A stretch of DNA of 62,393 nucleotides, counting the filler, from Stramenopiles sp. TOSAG23-3 (lineage: Eukaryota), in assembly GCA_900128585.1 (NCBI GenBank). It is 4 parts of 4 records of this genome, joined end to end, with 100 filler letters (N's around TTAATTAATTAA, not from the genome) between each part and the next. Parts side by side here need not be neighbours in the genome. Positions count along the whole stretch, not along the records: positions 29,135 to 57,960 come from LT642242.1; 3 more parts are not named here. The stretch is one strand, 5' to 3'. Within the stretch, counting starts at the first letter, position 1. The number at the start of each line of letters is the position of its first letter. This document shows, piece after piece, positions 31,375 to 41,240 of this stretch. A program made the translations under genes and the position numbers. The notes beneath the pieces are model-generated. The model made no database searches and was not told where the DNA came from. It saw only the letters and a list, made by a program, of their open reading frames with translations.

Positions 31375-32967
31375 TCACGCCTCGTCCAACTCCGCGATGC
31401 TCTCCCTCAAAAACTCTTTCTTCTTCTTTAACGTTGCCAGCCTAGTAAAGCGAGCCAGCCGAACGGGAATCACCCTCCACCCCATGCACTGCAAAAAGGT
31501 GGACTGGGCGGCGCTCTGGCCCACCCTCGACTCGCCGCCGCCGGCCAAGTACGAACTTTCGGGGAAACAGACCAGTGCGATCTTCTTCTCCACCAAGGCG
31601 ATGTTAATGTTGTGGATGGTGCGGCTGTGCTTTTCGCCCAGCTCTTCCAGAAGGACGGACATCTCGTCTTCACAGGAAGTCTTCTGCTTTATGCCCTGGC
31701 CCCCGCCGTCCTGGATGGTCTCTTTCAGCCATTGCTGAAACGTCGGAGTCCCCCGTAACGATGTGTTGGAGTGGGACAAGATGATATCGACCGTAAACAG
31801 CATCTTGATCTCACGAATGTTCATGTTCCTGTTCTGCTCTATGACGGGCCACGCCGGCTCGAAAAACGCCCGTTCAAATATCTGCAGCGCGCAAAAACTG
31901 AGGGCCAAGTTCACCACCTGCATGTGCGTGAGGTCCGATACGACGCTTCCCGCGCACCGTGCGAGTCGCAGCGTCGCCGCCTGGCCCATTCTGTCGTTCA
32001 TGGACAGGATGCTGAAGGCCTGCACCACGGTGTAGAGAAACGCAGGGATGTCCTTCGGGACCGCCTTGGACAATTCGTCTTCAGGCACCTGGGGCATGCT
32101 GCCGTCCGCCGCGCTCGAGACTTGCTCTGCCAGAGGCTTCCCAGAGCCCGCTATCTCAACGGCTTTCAAAATTCTAAACGCCTTCGTGGACATCGCGCCA
32201 AAGCAGACCGGTTTGAAGCGCAGCGCCGAGCACGACCACAGTATATTCCCCAGCTCTTCGGGGAGAAGCGTTATCAAGCAATGGTCCGTGTGCGCGCCCA
32301 GTCTTGTCAAAAAGCCCTCGTCAAATAGTTGGAGGCCGCCCAACAGTTCCCACAGCTTGGTGCAGCCGCAGCCCGACAGGCGCTCGATTTTCTCGGCCAA
32401 CGACGTGAGCGAGCGCCTCATTAGGTCGAGAAGGGTGTCGGACTCTTTGGTCTTCGATAAGGACCACAGCAGCACTGCAGCGCTGTCAGCGTCGAACTCT
32501 CCCATCCGCTGCTCGTAGTACGTTCTAATATTTTCCAGAAGGTCTTCGTTGTAGTAGCGCAACGTGACCATGCCCCAGATAAGCTTTGCCACCCCCTCGC
32601 TTGAAAAACTGGCCAGCTTGGCCAAGGACTGCCGGAGTATCTCCTGGTACAAAAGGGTATTTCCAGTGTTCGTCTGACCACACCCCCACATCATATTTCC
32701 CAGTGCCGTCGCGGACAATTCACGAATTGCCCCATTGCCCCGCTTTACTATGCGCAAATACTGCTGCTGGCAGGCGGGGGGTTCCTTGGACTTCCACGGC
32801 GTATACAAAAATGTAGAGTGCGGGGCAGCGTCGCCCATATCTTCGCGTTCCGCTCTGTCCCAGTGCGGTGCAGCAGTCGGCGCATTTCTTAACACTTGTG
32901 CGTGGTCTACAGTTGACCTTGCGTCTTTGTCCGTTCCTCCGGTGTGGCTTGCAGGTGAAGAAACCAT
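31375..32967 (-). CDS. OPR/HPR-like helical-repeat protein with degenerate C-terminal RAP domain (FASTK-like)
   Basis: Repeats LSATALGNMMWG, FSSEGVAKLIWG, FDADSAAVLLWSLSK, LLPEELGNILWS; C-terminal INIALVEKKIAL...FLQCMGWRVIPV resembles RAP. Confidence 0.75.
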   Translation of the reverse strand: MVSSPASHTGGTDKDARSTVDHAQVLRNAPTAAPHWDRAEREDMGDAAPHSTFLYTPWKSKEPPACQQQYLRIVKRGNGAIRELSATALGNMMWGCGQTNTGNTLLYQEILRQSLAKLASFSSEGVAKLIWGMVTLRYYNEDLLENIRTYYEQRMGEFDADSAAVLLWSLSKTKESDTLLDLMRRSLTSLAEKIERLSGCGCTKLWELLGGLQLFDEGFLTRLGAHTDHCLITLLPEELGNILWSCSALRFKPVCFGAMSTKAFRILKAVEIAGSGKPLAEQVSSAADGSMPQVPEDELSKAVPKDIPAFLYTVVQAFSILSMNDRMGQAATLRLARCAGSVVSDLTHMQVVNLALSFCALQIFERAFFEPAWPVIEQNRNMNIREIKMLFTVDIILSHSNTSLRGTPTFQQWLKETIQDGGGQGIKQKTSCEDEMSVLLEELGEKHSRTIHNINIALVEKKIALVCFPESSYLAGGGESRVGQSAAQSTFLQCMGWRVIPVRLARFTRLATLKKKKEFLRESIAELDEA

Positions 32968-33640
32968 GGGTAGGCTGAAGAGCCACCATTGTTTTCAAAA
33001 TTCAATATTATTATTTATTATTTTTTTACCAACAACACAAGTAGTAAGAAGTATATATATGAATATAATAGATGATGAAGTGTATAGTAATGATATTACT
33101 TCTTATACCAAGCAATAACACAACAAAAAACACAAATTGTTATTAATTATATTCATCATCACTGCAACAGAAGTAAAATAACAGTACCGTACCACAGCGT
33201 TCAGTACCGAACCAAAACAAATGACTCACACAGCACTTGTTCAGTTGGCTTTTCTCCTATATAAATTGGTACTTCGCGAAAGGTACTTTTCTCCTACTAG
33301 GCTAGGCGAAAGGGGGATAACAGTAGTCTAACTCGGTACTTCGCTAAAAAAAGGTACTTTTATTTTTTTTTCTCCGTTCTTCTACTTGGTTGGTACGACG
33401 GTACTCTACGGTTGTTTTATACCTGGTACCTGGGGTATAATACCAGGTACTATACCAATACCTCCATTATCGATTGTCACCAGCACCATCCGCGTCTAAT
33501 ACAGATACAAAAGAAACAAAATTTAAAAATGACATGGCGAACGAACATCCTCGTGCGCAACGAATAGCAGAAAGAAACGGTCCTAGCCGATAACCGCAAT
33601 CGACAGAAACACCTCCTGCCTGGCACAGCCCAGCACCACC

Positions 33641-35896
33641 ATGAGGCGCGTCGCAGGGGAAAATATCAGGGTGAACAAGGCCCTGATGGGGGCCCGGGGC
33701 GGGAAAGGGGTTTACGCCATTGTTCGGCAGCACGGGGGAATGTTCAATATTGTAAACTGCGCCACTGCGTTCTCGCGACTGGCTCGAGCCGGTGTCATAA
33801 AGGAAACACACGAAATGTTTTCGAGCCTGTGCTCGGCCACTCTGAGGCAGGTGGGAAAGGGGCAGACGCGGCCTCGCCACGTATCTGGGATATTGTGGAG
33901 CCTGGCAAAGCTAGGGGTAGAGCCACAACCGTTTGTGGAAACGTTTTTGAAGTACGCGGAAACTATGAAAATTTCCACGTTTCAAGCGCAGGAGATTTCC
34001 ATGTGCCTGTGGGCGATGGGTAAGCTACAATGTAGGAACGCCCGGCTCGAACAGAGCCTGGCGGTTGCGGTCGGCCGCAAGTTGCGGGAGTTCACCAGCC
34101 AGGGACTTTCCAACGTGGTGTACTCCTTTGCGGCCCTGGATGCGGAGGCGTGCGACCCCCCGCTTTTGCACAAGATCGTATCTCGGCTCTGTGCTATTTT
34201 TAAAACCTTCAATGCACAAGAGGTGGCAAACACCCTCTCGAGCCTTGCAAAGCTGGGCCTGATGCGTGCGCTGGGGAACGATACCGGCACGTACAGCCAG
34301 TTTCAGAGGGCGGCGGAGGCGGCGGTGCGGCACAGGGCGAAGGACTTCAGTCCTCAGAACCTTGCCAACGCAATGTGGTCTATTGCAAAGTACCAAGACG
34401 AACCTACGGCAAGTAGTGCGAGGGTGGCCCCGTGGGCGTTCAAGTCCCTGTTTGCTGCCCTCATCCTGGATCGATCAGTCGAGTTCAACTGCCAGGAAAT
34501 ATCCATGTGCACGTGGGCGGCCGCGATTGGAATGCGGGACGAGGACGGCGTCCGCCCCCTTGTGGAGTCCATAGGCAGTCGCATTGCAGCGCTCGCGGAC
34601 TCCCTGAACGGTCAGCAAATACCAACCATCCTGACGGGACTTGCCAAATTAAAATGTGAGAACAAAGACCTCGTGAAAATGCTAGCCAAACAGGCACGAA
34701 AGGTGGCCGAAGGGCTCACGTTCAAAGACCTCGACCAGTGTTTGGGGTCGTTTGCAAGGCTGGGGTACGCCCGACCAAAATTCACCAAAGCGGCCATCGC
34801 CGCCGCCAGCGCCATTCTGAACGCCGCTACCGACCGGAGCTCGGTAGAAATTGCCCCTCAAAACGTCTCCAACTTAATGTGGGCTTTGGCAAAGTTAGAC
34901 TACGGCCCTCTGCCGGACAGTTTTTGTTCCCCCGTGGAAGCCTACGTCATTTTCAACATCGGTGCGTTCGGGGCCAGGGACATTGGCAACATCGCATGGG
35001 CGTTTGCCATGCTGAAGGTGTGCCCAGCGGCCATGCGCGTCATAAGCGACAAGGCCGCCATACGCCTGGGCAGTTTCAACGCGCAAGAGTGCAGTAAGCT
35101 GCTGTACGCAATGGAGAAAAGCAAATCTATGACGGCTGCACTGCGCCAGGCAGCCTCTCAGTCTCGGACGGAGACGTACAATTTTCCAGCCATTCCCGCG
35201 ACCGTCCGTTTGGCCCATATTTTGGGCGGTGGCAGGCAGTTTTCAAGTACGCGGGAGTCCACGGGGGCCACCGCTGCCACGGGCAACGCCCTTTGGGAGC
35301 CCAGCTTGGCGCTGGCGGAGTGGCTCTCTCGCCAGTCGACTCCGTCGTTCATCGCTGCCGGGAGGCCGTTTTTCCAACGACGGGGGCCTGCCGCAGAGAA
35401 ATGGAAAAGCTGGAATGGTAAAGTGGTGGTAGAGCTTGGCGCCGGGATAGGCCTATGCTCCGTAGTGGCGGCGAAAATGGGAATGGAGGTTGTGTCGACA
35501 GACGGGGACTCCCACGTCTTGAGTATGCTGGCGGAAAACGTTCGTGAAAATGGTGTCGCGCAGACGGTGGGGGTAAAACAACTGGAGTGGGGGCAGAAAA
35601 AGGTGCTCAAAACGTTAGGTTTGGACCAGGTTCCCGACGTAGTCCTTGCCTCGGGCTGCGTCTACGGGAAGGACGACGCCGTGTTTCGGTTGTTGGTAAA
35701 GAGTCTCCGCAAACTTTCGGGGCCAGACACGCTGGTGATCATGAGCCACGGGAACGGTGCCGCCCCAGGGGTGCAAGAGGGAGCGGGGGCATTTCAGTCC
35801 ATTGCGGAGAAAAAGTACGATTGGAGCATTGTGCCCCTGTCGGAGCTTCACCCCGACCATACGGGCTGCCGCATACACCTGATGTGGCGAAAGTGA
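33641..35896 (+). CDS. OPR/HPR-like repeat protein fused to a METTL21-family (Methyltransf_16) SAM methyltransferase
   Basis: About 12 repeats of the F.PQ.L.N..WA.AKL type; C-terminal TGNALWEPSLALAEWL, VVELGAGIGLCS, STDGD, LEWG, DVVLASGCVY. ATG in accaccATG context. Confidence 0.85.
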   Translation: MRRVAGENIRVNKALMGARGGKGVYAIVRQHGGMFNIVNCATAFSRLARAGVIKETHEMFSSLCSATLRQVGKGQTRPRHVSGILWSLAKLGVEPQPFVETFLKYAETMKISTFQAQEISMCLWAMGKLQCRNARLEQSLAVAVGRKLREFTSQGLSNVVYSFAALDAEACDPPLLHKIVSRLCAIFKTFNAQEVANTLSSLAKLGLMRALGNDTGTYSQFQRAAEAAVRHRAKDFSPQNLANAMWSIAKYQDEPTASSARVAPWAFKSLFAALILDRSVEFNCQEISMCTWAAAIGMRDEDGVRPLVESIGSRIAALADSLNGQQIPTILTGLAKLKCENKDLVKMLAKQARKVAEGLTFKDLDQCLGSFARLGYARPKFTKAAIAAASAILNAATDRSSVEIAPQNVSNLMWALAKLDYGPLPDSFCSPVEAYVIFNIGAFGARDIGNIAWAFAMLKVCPAAMRVISDKAAIRLGSFNAQECSKLLYAMEKSKSMTAALRQAASQSRTETYNFPAIPATVRLAHILGGGRQFSSTRESTGATAATGNALWEPSLALAEWLSRQSTPSFIAAGRPFFQRRGPAAEKWKSWNGKVVVELGAGIGLCSVVAAKMGMEVVSTDGDSHVLSMLAENVRENGVAQTVGVKQLEWGQKKVLKTLGLDQVPDVVLASGCVYGKDDAVFRLLVKSLRKLSGPDTLVIMSHGNGAAPGVQEGAGAFQSIAEKKYDWSIVPLSELHPDHTGCRIHLMWRK

Positions 35897-36096
35897 CCGA
35901 GGAATTGAGCTTGGCGCTGGTCTGGGGGGCAGAGTGTGGTTGCTGTGTTTTTGGGTTTTTGACACACTTTCGAATTGTTAGAGAGGGAAGAGAGGTATTA
36001 GCAGAGACTGTGTTGTGTACCCGCGTGTAATATGAAACGATTCGTAACTGATGTAGCATTTTTGTGATAAAGTAAGCAGGGTTCTGACAATAATGA

Positions 36097-37164
36097 TTAC
36101 AAGGCTTGACCCATACTATTTTGAAACAGGCCCGAGGCAAAGTTGTCGGGGTCAACTACGCTCCGTTTCTTGTCCCTTTCGTACACGAACAGCTTCGCGT
36201 CTACGACTGCCCGTCGAGCCTCCTGCTGCTCTCTCGCATGCTTTGTTTGCTGCACCCAATATATTTCTGAACTATTGCCTTGCCCCGCGTCTACGAATCG
36301 TCGTATCGGAGAATGTTGGGTGCCCCGTGCCCTTAGTGTTTCTAAAATTTCCTCGGAATGCTCGTCGTCCAGCATTTTTTCTACTTGATGAGTACGGTAT
36401 GTTGGATGCAACTTCGAGGACGCGTGCGTACGCCGCTTGTTGTTCGGGACTCCCCCGGCCGCTTCCCACGTGGCGAGGTTCAAGTCTCCTAGTCCTGGCA
36501 CACCTTCTAAAGATGGCAGGTTGGAGCGGACGACCCCAGGCAACGCCAGGTCGGGTCGCAAGGCATTCATGACACCACTGTGCTCACCGACACGGTACGC
36601 GCTGTGCCGACGCGCCGACGAGTTGAACACAGAGTTCCTATGCTCCAGGCTTCGCTGTGTCACCAAATTGTTCCGCGCCTGGCTCATGGCGCGGATAGTT
36701 TCTACCAAGGGTTTTTCTACGAATTTTTCGTTAATCTGGTCGCATCTATTCATTGACTTGTCAAAAGTTTTGCTCTTCGTATACACATGTCGTGGCCGGT
36801 CCTCCAACAAAGGATCATTCCCCAGCTCGCGGCGAGAGCTGCTGCGCAGGGTGTACTGGAAACTAGGCTGTACAGGAGGCTCGGACTTCAGCAGGCACTC
36901 CACCTGAGTCGAATCGTCGGGCCGAGGCACGAATCTCCGCTCTGTCCCTTTCCCGTAGCTGCTAAAAGTTGGGCTGTCCTTTCGGGCGGGAACTTTAAGC
37001 CGATAATCCGGCGTCAACTCCGGATCTATCGCGTACGGAGAGTAGACGGGCTTCATGCAGGCGCGGACTTGTACCGAGTCTTCCGGGCGCGGGACGAATC
37101 GCTTCAAGCGCACCGGGGAAACGACAAAGGCCCCGGTGGACCTGATGGGGGAAGAAAGTTCCAT
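36097..37164 (-). CDS. Hypothetical protein
   Basis: 355-aa ATG-initiated ORF; internal duplication RFVPRPEDSVQV / RFVPRPDDSTQV; no family recognised. Confidence 0.75.
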   Translation of the reverse strand: MELSSPIRSTGAFVVSPVRLKRFVPRPEDSVQVRACMKPVYSPYAIDPELTPDYRLKVPARKDSPTFSSYGKGTERRFVPRPDDSTQVECLLKSEPPVQPSFQYTLRSSSRRELGNDPLLEDRPRHVYTKSKTFDKSMNRCDQINEKFVEKPLVETIRAMSQARNNLVTQRSLEHRNSVFNSSARRHSAYRVGEHSGVMNALRPDLALPGVVRSNLPSLEGVPGLGDLNLATWEAAGGVPNNKRRTHASSKLHPTYRTHQVEKMLDDEHSEEILETLRARGTQHSPIRRFVDAGQGNSSEIYWVQQTKHAREQQEARRAVVDAKLFVYERDKKRSVVDPDNFASGLFQNSMGQAL

Positions 37165-38634
37165 GGTTGTATCGAGGACAACAAAGAGGGATTGCTCGGT
37201 TCAGTTGTCCCTCGTCGCGAGAAATAGAACGTAGGAAAATTGCAGCGAGACCGCGTGACAGACTTCAGTCAAAGAAGAATACGTGAGAAAACGGGCTGGA
37301 TGAAAATATATATAATAATAATATTAGTAGAAATGCCCACCACCAAGAAGAAGAAGAAGAGATAGAAGAAGAAGAAGAAGGAAGAAGAACACAACAGGAG
37401 CGAGAAGAGGAGTATGGAGAATCATCATCACCATGCATGCAGCATTATTAATAATTACTTCAGTGTAGTAGTTTATGTTTTGGGTACAGGTACAGGTATT
37501 AATGCCTGTACCCAACCACCTGATAAAATAGGGAATAATTATGTGAAATGTGAAAGTGCTACTAGAAGAAGAAAGGGAAAGGGGGCGGGGGTGGTTACCT
37601 GGTATTAATACTGTATAATAATGAACAATTTACAATTAATGATAATAATAATACGAAACGAAAGGACGACGACTGCAGAGAGAAAGAGAGAAAGAGAGAA
37701 AGAGAGAAAGAGAGAGAGAGAAAGAAAGAGAGATGATGAATTTTTTTACCGTTTTTATAATTTATTTTACTTTTTCTTCTTGTTTGTTCATTTACATTTA
37801 TTATATAGATATTATATAGGTATAATTATAAAGTATAAAATATTATATACTAATTTATATATATAAAAGCGTTTCCTTATCCTTTTCCTTTTATAAATGC
37901 CTATTTAAAATATAATTGTAATATATTAGAATACTCAAACCTTTTCTTCCTCTTCTTCTTCTCTTTTTTTTGTTTTTTTACAAAACACAACAGAAGACGG
38001 GCACATCATCTCATAATCATTCACCATCTTTTCTCTCTTCTTCTCTCTCCTACCTACTTTTATATATACCGTATAAACAGGTATAATAATAGGTACCGGT
38101 ACCAGTAAAATAGGAACGCCCACCTCCAATTTACTATTAATACCAGTATCATACTGTACCTCCTCATCAGCAGAGGATGTCATTAATAGTTTGTTGTGAA
38201 AATACCCGATTGTATTGTCCTGTTATATTATAATAAATAGTTATTCATCAAATAATCATATTTCTTCTTCTTCTTTTTTTTTTTTTTTTTTTTTCTCCTC
38301 CCTCCTCCTCTCTTCTTACTTCTTCTATCTCTTCTTCTTCTCCTCTCGGCGGCGGGGTGGGGGGTGCTTATTATCTATCCATTTCGTTTCCTACTATTAA
38401 TGAGAATTATGGAAGTATGATGAATGGTTTTGTTTAATTATATAAAATAACATCATTCATATACACGTGTTTGCCATTAGAAGTCCCTGGCGTACAATTA
38501 TAAACGCACACCTCCCCCTAACAGATTCACAGAAGGAAAACAAAAGGAGAGCCCAGGTCTGGTCTAGGCACGCGTGCACCGTGTAGTATCAACGGCCAAA
38601 TTACAGTTACGCTCCAGACAAGTTTGTGCAAACG

Positions 38635-40845
38635 ATGCTCCGTCCAACCTCTTCCAGCAATTTTGGCGCTCTTCCCGCTGGTAGTAATCGGTTGACTCAG
38701 TCAGCGCCACAACTTATGGACACGATGGATTTGTTTAGTCAGCTGGACGAGTTGCACGCGGAAGCAAAGGCCAAGGGGAAATTCAAGGCGTCAAAGTCGC
38801 TTCGATCTGCAGCGTCAAAGAAAAATAGACAGCTTCCTTGGGGGGCCACCGACGGAGAGTTAGCGTGGCGGGGGGTCGAGGAGACAACTGCAAAAACGAA
38901 CAAAACTATAAAAAGGGTCCGCGCAACAACTTCGGAAGGCCGCCAAAGGCTTAAGTATCATATGAAGAAACAAAATATCATGAACAATAGAATAAAGCGT
39001 GAAAGGGTAGCGAGTAGAAAAAATGCTAAGCTTCGGAGGAAGAAGCTGCAGCAAGCGGCCCAAGATGCCCTGTTCGAAAATTCCGCTGTCCGGCCGTCTG
39101 CAAACGAGCGGGCGGGGCTGGAAGGGAAAGAACTAAAGAATTGGCACATGTACATGGGGGTTCACTGTAAGATAATAAAGGATGCAAAGCCGGCGACGAA
39201 AACTAGGCTGGCAAAGCACGTTCGCCGGCAGCGCAAGGAAATTAAACAGAAAAAAGCAGCGGTGCAGAAGAGTACGTCCGGAAACGATGGGGGGCTTGGT
39301 GGGCCGAAATTGTTGTGGTGGAAAAAACAAAGAGCCCTACACGACCGTGTCGTTGGAGGTGCCAGGGCCCGGGTCAGCATGACCCTCCCTAAACACGTGC
39401 GAGAGGAAATAAGAACAAACGAAAAGAAGTTAGAGAAAAAATACAAAAATTGGAAACTGGAAGACGGGGGGCTGGAGGGTAGCGCGAAGATCCACTGGGA
39501 CCACATGCGTGAACTGCACGATCGGGTCGTTGGGAGTGCAAAAGCATCCGTGGACCAGAAATTGCCCAAGCATGTTCAAGGGTATCGCGATTACCTTGCA
39601 AAAGAAAGAAAACGCCCCAAAACTGCGTCTCTTCACGAAAAAATGCTCAAGGAAATGCACGAAAAGGTCATTGCAGGGGCCACCGTGCTAGTAGATAGCA
39701 AGTTAGACAAGTACACCAAAGGGCTCAGAGCGATTAGAAGGAAGAAGTCGAAAGCAAAATTCAAAAATTTTGACCCCAACGATGGAGGGCTAACTGGGAA
39801 AGAGAGAATGCACTGGAAGCTACTGAAGAAGCAGCAGTACAAATTGGTTGCGAACGTAAGCCCGAAAATCGAGAACCGGCTACCGAAGCATGTAGTGAAA
39901 CGAGGGAAAGAGTTACAACGGAAACTGAAAGCGAAATGGTCAAACACGACTCTGGACGACGGGGGTTTACATGGGAAAGAAAAGGCACACTGGCACGTTA
40001 TGCGGAGTTTGCACGATCGCGTGGTAGGATCGGCGGTTGCGTCTGTGAGCATAAAACACGAAAAACACGTTGAAGCCTACCGTGACCACATGAAGAAAAA
40101 GAGCAGGGAGAAATGGAAACATGTTGACAATGCCGGCCTAAGTGGAAAGGAACTCAAACATTGGAAAATTATGCTAGAATCTCACAATAAAGTCGTTGAA
40201 GGAGCGAAAGTATTGGTGGAAGCAAAGTTGGACCCTCATTTGCGGCGAATGCGAAACCTTGCTAAAACGAAGCTAAACAAAAAGATAAAGGGCCGGCAAC
40301 CAAACGATGGCGGCCTTGAAGGAAAGGAGTTGGAGCACTGGAAAATAATGAGGGGGCTACACGACGAAATCGTTGGCACTGCAAAGTCGGCCGTACAAAC
40401 ACAGCACGAACCCCACGTTCTCCGTTATAGTGAGCACGTCCAAGGTAAATCGAAACTAAAATACGATAAGATGACGGACGACGATGGACTTTTGACAGGC
40501 CCAGAGCTAGACTGGTGGGTTAAACAACGGAGAGTGCATGACGCCATCGTCGGCAAAGCAAAGACTAGCGTTGACTGTTGGCAGGGCGGCAAGCCGAAAA
40601 CGGAGAATGAACTGCTGGCTTTCCCACGACGAGTTTTAAGCAACGAGGAAAAGTGGAAATTGCAACGAAAACAGGAGCGCGTGGACGAAGAAGTGAGAGA
40701 GAATAATTTGAAGAAGGCACTGTTGGTGGTGGATGAAATGAAAAGGGAGCACGGAAATCTTCTTAGCGAAGAAATTGAAACAGAGCTTGAAAGACAAAAA
40801 GATGTTCTGATGAGCGATGCTATCGCAAAGGACGGACTCCCCTGA
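38635..40845 (+). CDS. Basic tandem-repeat protein with CFAP97/Hemingway-like units
   Basis: About nine ~55-60-aa repeats DGGLxGxExxHWxxMxxLHDxVVGxAxxxV..KH; the last is followed by KLQRKQERVDEEVRENN. First ATG at 38635. Confidence 0.8.
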   Translation: MLRPTSSSNFGALPAGSNRLTQSAPQLMDTMDLFSQLDELHAEAKAKGKFKASKSLRSAASKKNRQLPWGATDGELAWRGVEETTAKTNKTIKRVRATTSEGRQRLKYHMKKQNIMNNRIKRERVASRKNAKLRRKKLQQAAQDALFENSAVRPSANERAGLEGKELKNWHMYMGVHCKIIKDAKPATKTRLAKHVRRQRKEIKQKKAAVQKSTSGNDGGLGGPKLLWWKKQRALHDRVVGGARARVSMTLPKHVREEIRTNEKKLEKKYKNWKLEDGGLEGSAKIHWDHMRELHDRVVGSAKASVDQKLPKHVQGYRDYLAKERKRPKTASLHEKMLKEMHEKVIAGATVLVDSKLDKYTKGLRAIRRKKSKAKFKNFDPNDGGLTGKERMHWKLLKKQQYKLVANVSPKIENRLPKHVVKRGKELQRKLKAKWSNTTLDDGGLHGKEKAHWHVMRSLHDRVVGSAVASVSIKHEKHVEAYRDHMKKKSREKWKHVDNAGLSGKELKHWKIMLESHNKVVEGAKVLVEAKLDPHLRRMRNLAKTKLNKKIKGRQPNDGGLEGKELEHWKIMRGLHDEIVGTAKSAVQTQHEPHVLRYSEHVQGKSKLKYDKMTDDDGLLTGPELDWWVKQRRVHDAIVGKAKTSVDCWQGGKPKTENELLAFPRRVLSNEEKWKLQRKQERVDEEVRENNLKKALLVVDEMKREHGNLLSEEIETELERQKDVLMSDAIAKDGLP

Positions 40846-40915
40846 GGGGATTCGAGAGGTAAACTTCGTGCGATGTAATAATTTTCACTTTAAGAAAAAA
40901 GCTTATATACTACTC

Positions 40916-41081
40916 TAAAAACAAGAAAATTGGCTGTTACTTAAATTAATTTTCTTAAAACAAAAAAAAATAATTATAGTAACCATCAATGAGGTGAAAT
41001 TACAGAACCAAGTTAGGATTAGGGTACGACGAAGCTAAATTTAATTACTTATATAAATAACAGCCAATTTTCTTGTTTTTA
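40916..41081. mobile_element. Candidate MITE-like element (166 bp) bounded by perfect 24-bp inverted repeats
   Basis: taaaaacaagaaaattggctgtta (40916-40939) is the exact reverse complement of taacagccaattttcttgttttta (41058-41081); internal 40981-41081 is repeated at 60772-60868. No transposase or clear TSD seen, so mobility is unproven. Confidence 0.45.
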
Positions 41082-41204
41082 TAGTATAGTATGTTTTAAG
41101 ACTCTCATTTTAAATCAAATACTACTTCAAATCCAACCCTAATCCTATCTCGATTTTTTAATTTCAGTTTGCAGTACATTAATTTTATGATAACTTACTT
41201 TAAA

Positions 41205-41228
41205 TAACAGCCAATTTTTTTGTTTTTA
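41205..41228. repeat. Copy of dispersed CAGCCAATTT motif
   Basis: taacagccaatttttttgttttta, just past the NCKX stop. Confidence 0.8.
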
Positions 41229-41240
41229 ATTCTCTGGAAA

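Noticed and set aside
32720-32989. Out-of-frame upstream ATG ORF overlapping the start of the RAP-like gene
   Set aside because: No recognisable motif or splice evidence; cannot be distinguished from chance.
37324-38400. Short ORFs in AT-rich spacers (also 2694-3346, 4474-5193, 12442-12630, 49262-50044)
   Set aside because: Translations of microsatellite and homopolymer tracts such as (GAA)n, (AAT)n, (AG)n and poly-T.
38581-38590. gtgtagtatc resembling the U2 branch-point recognition sequence
   Set aside because: No other U2 sequence on either side.
41013-41024. TTAGGATTAGGG as a telomere or telomerase RNA template
   Set aside because: Only two imperfect units, internal to a dispersed repeat; reported only as part of that element.
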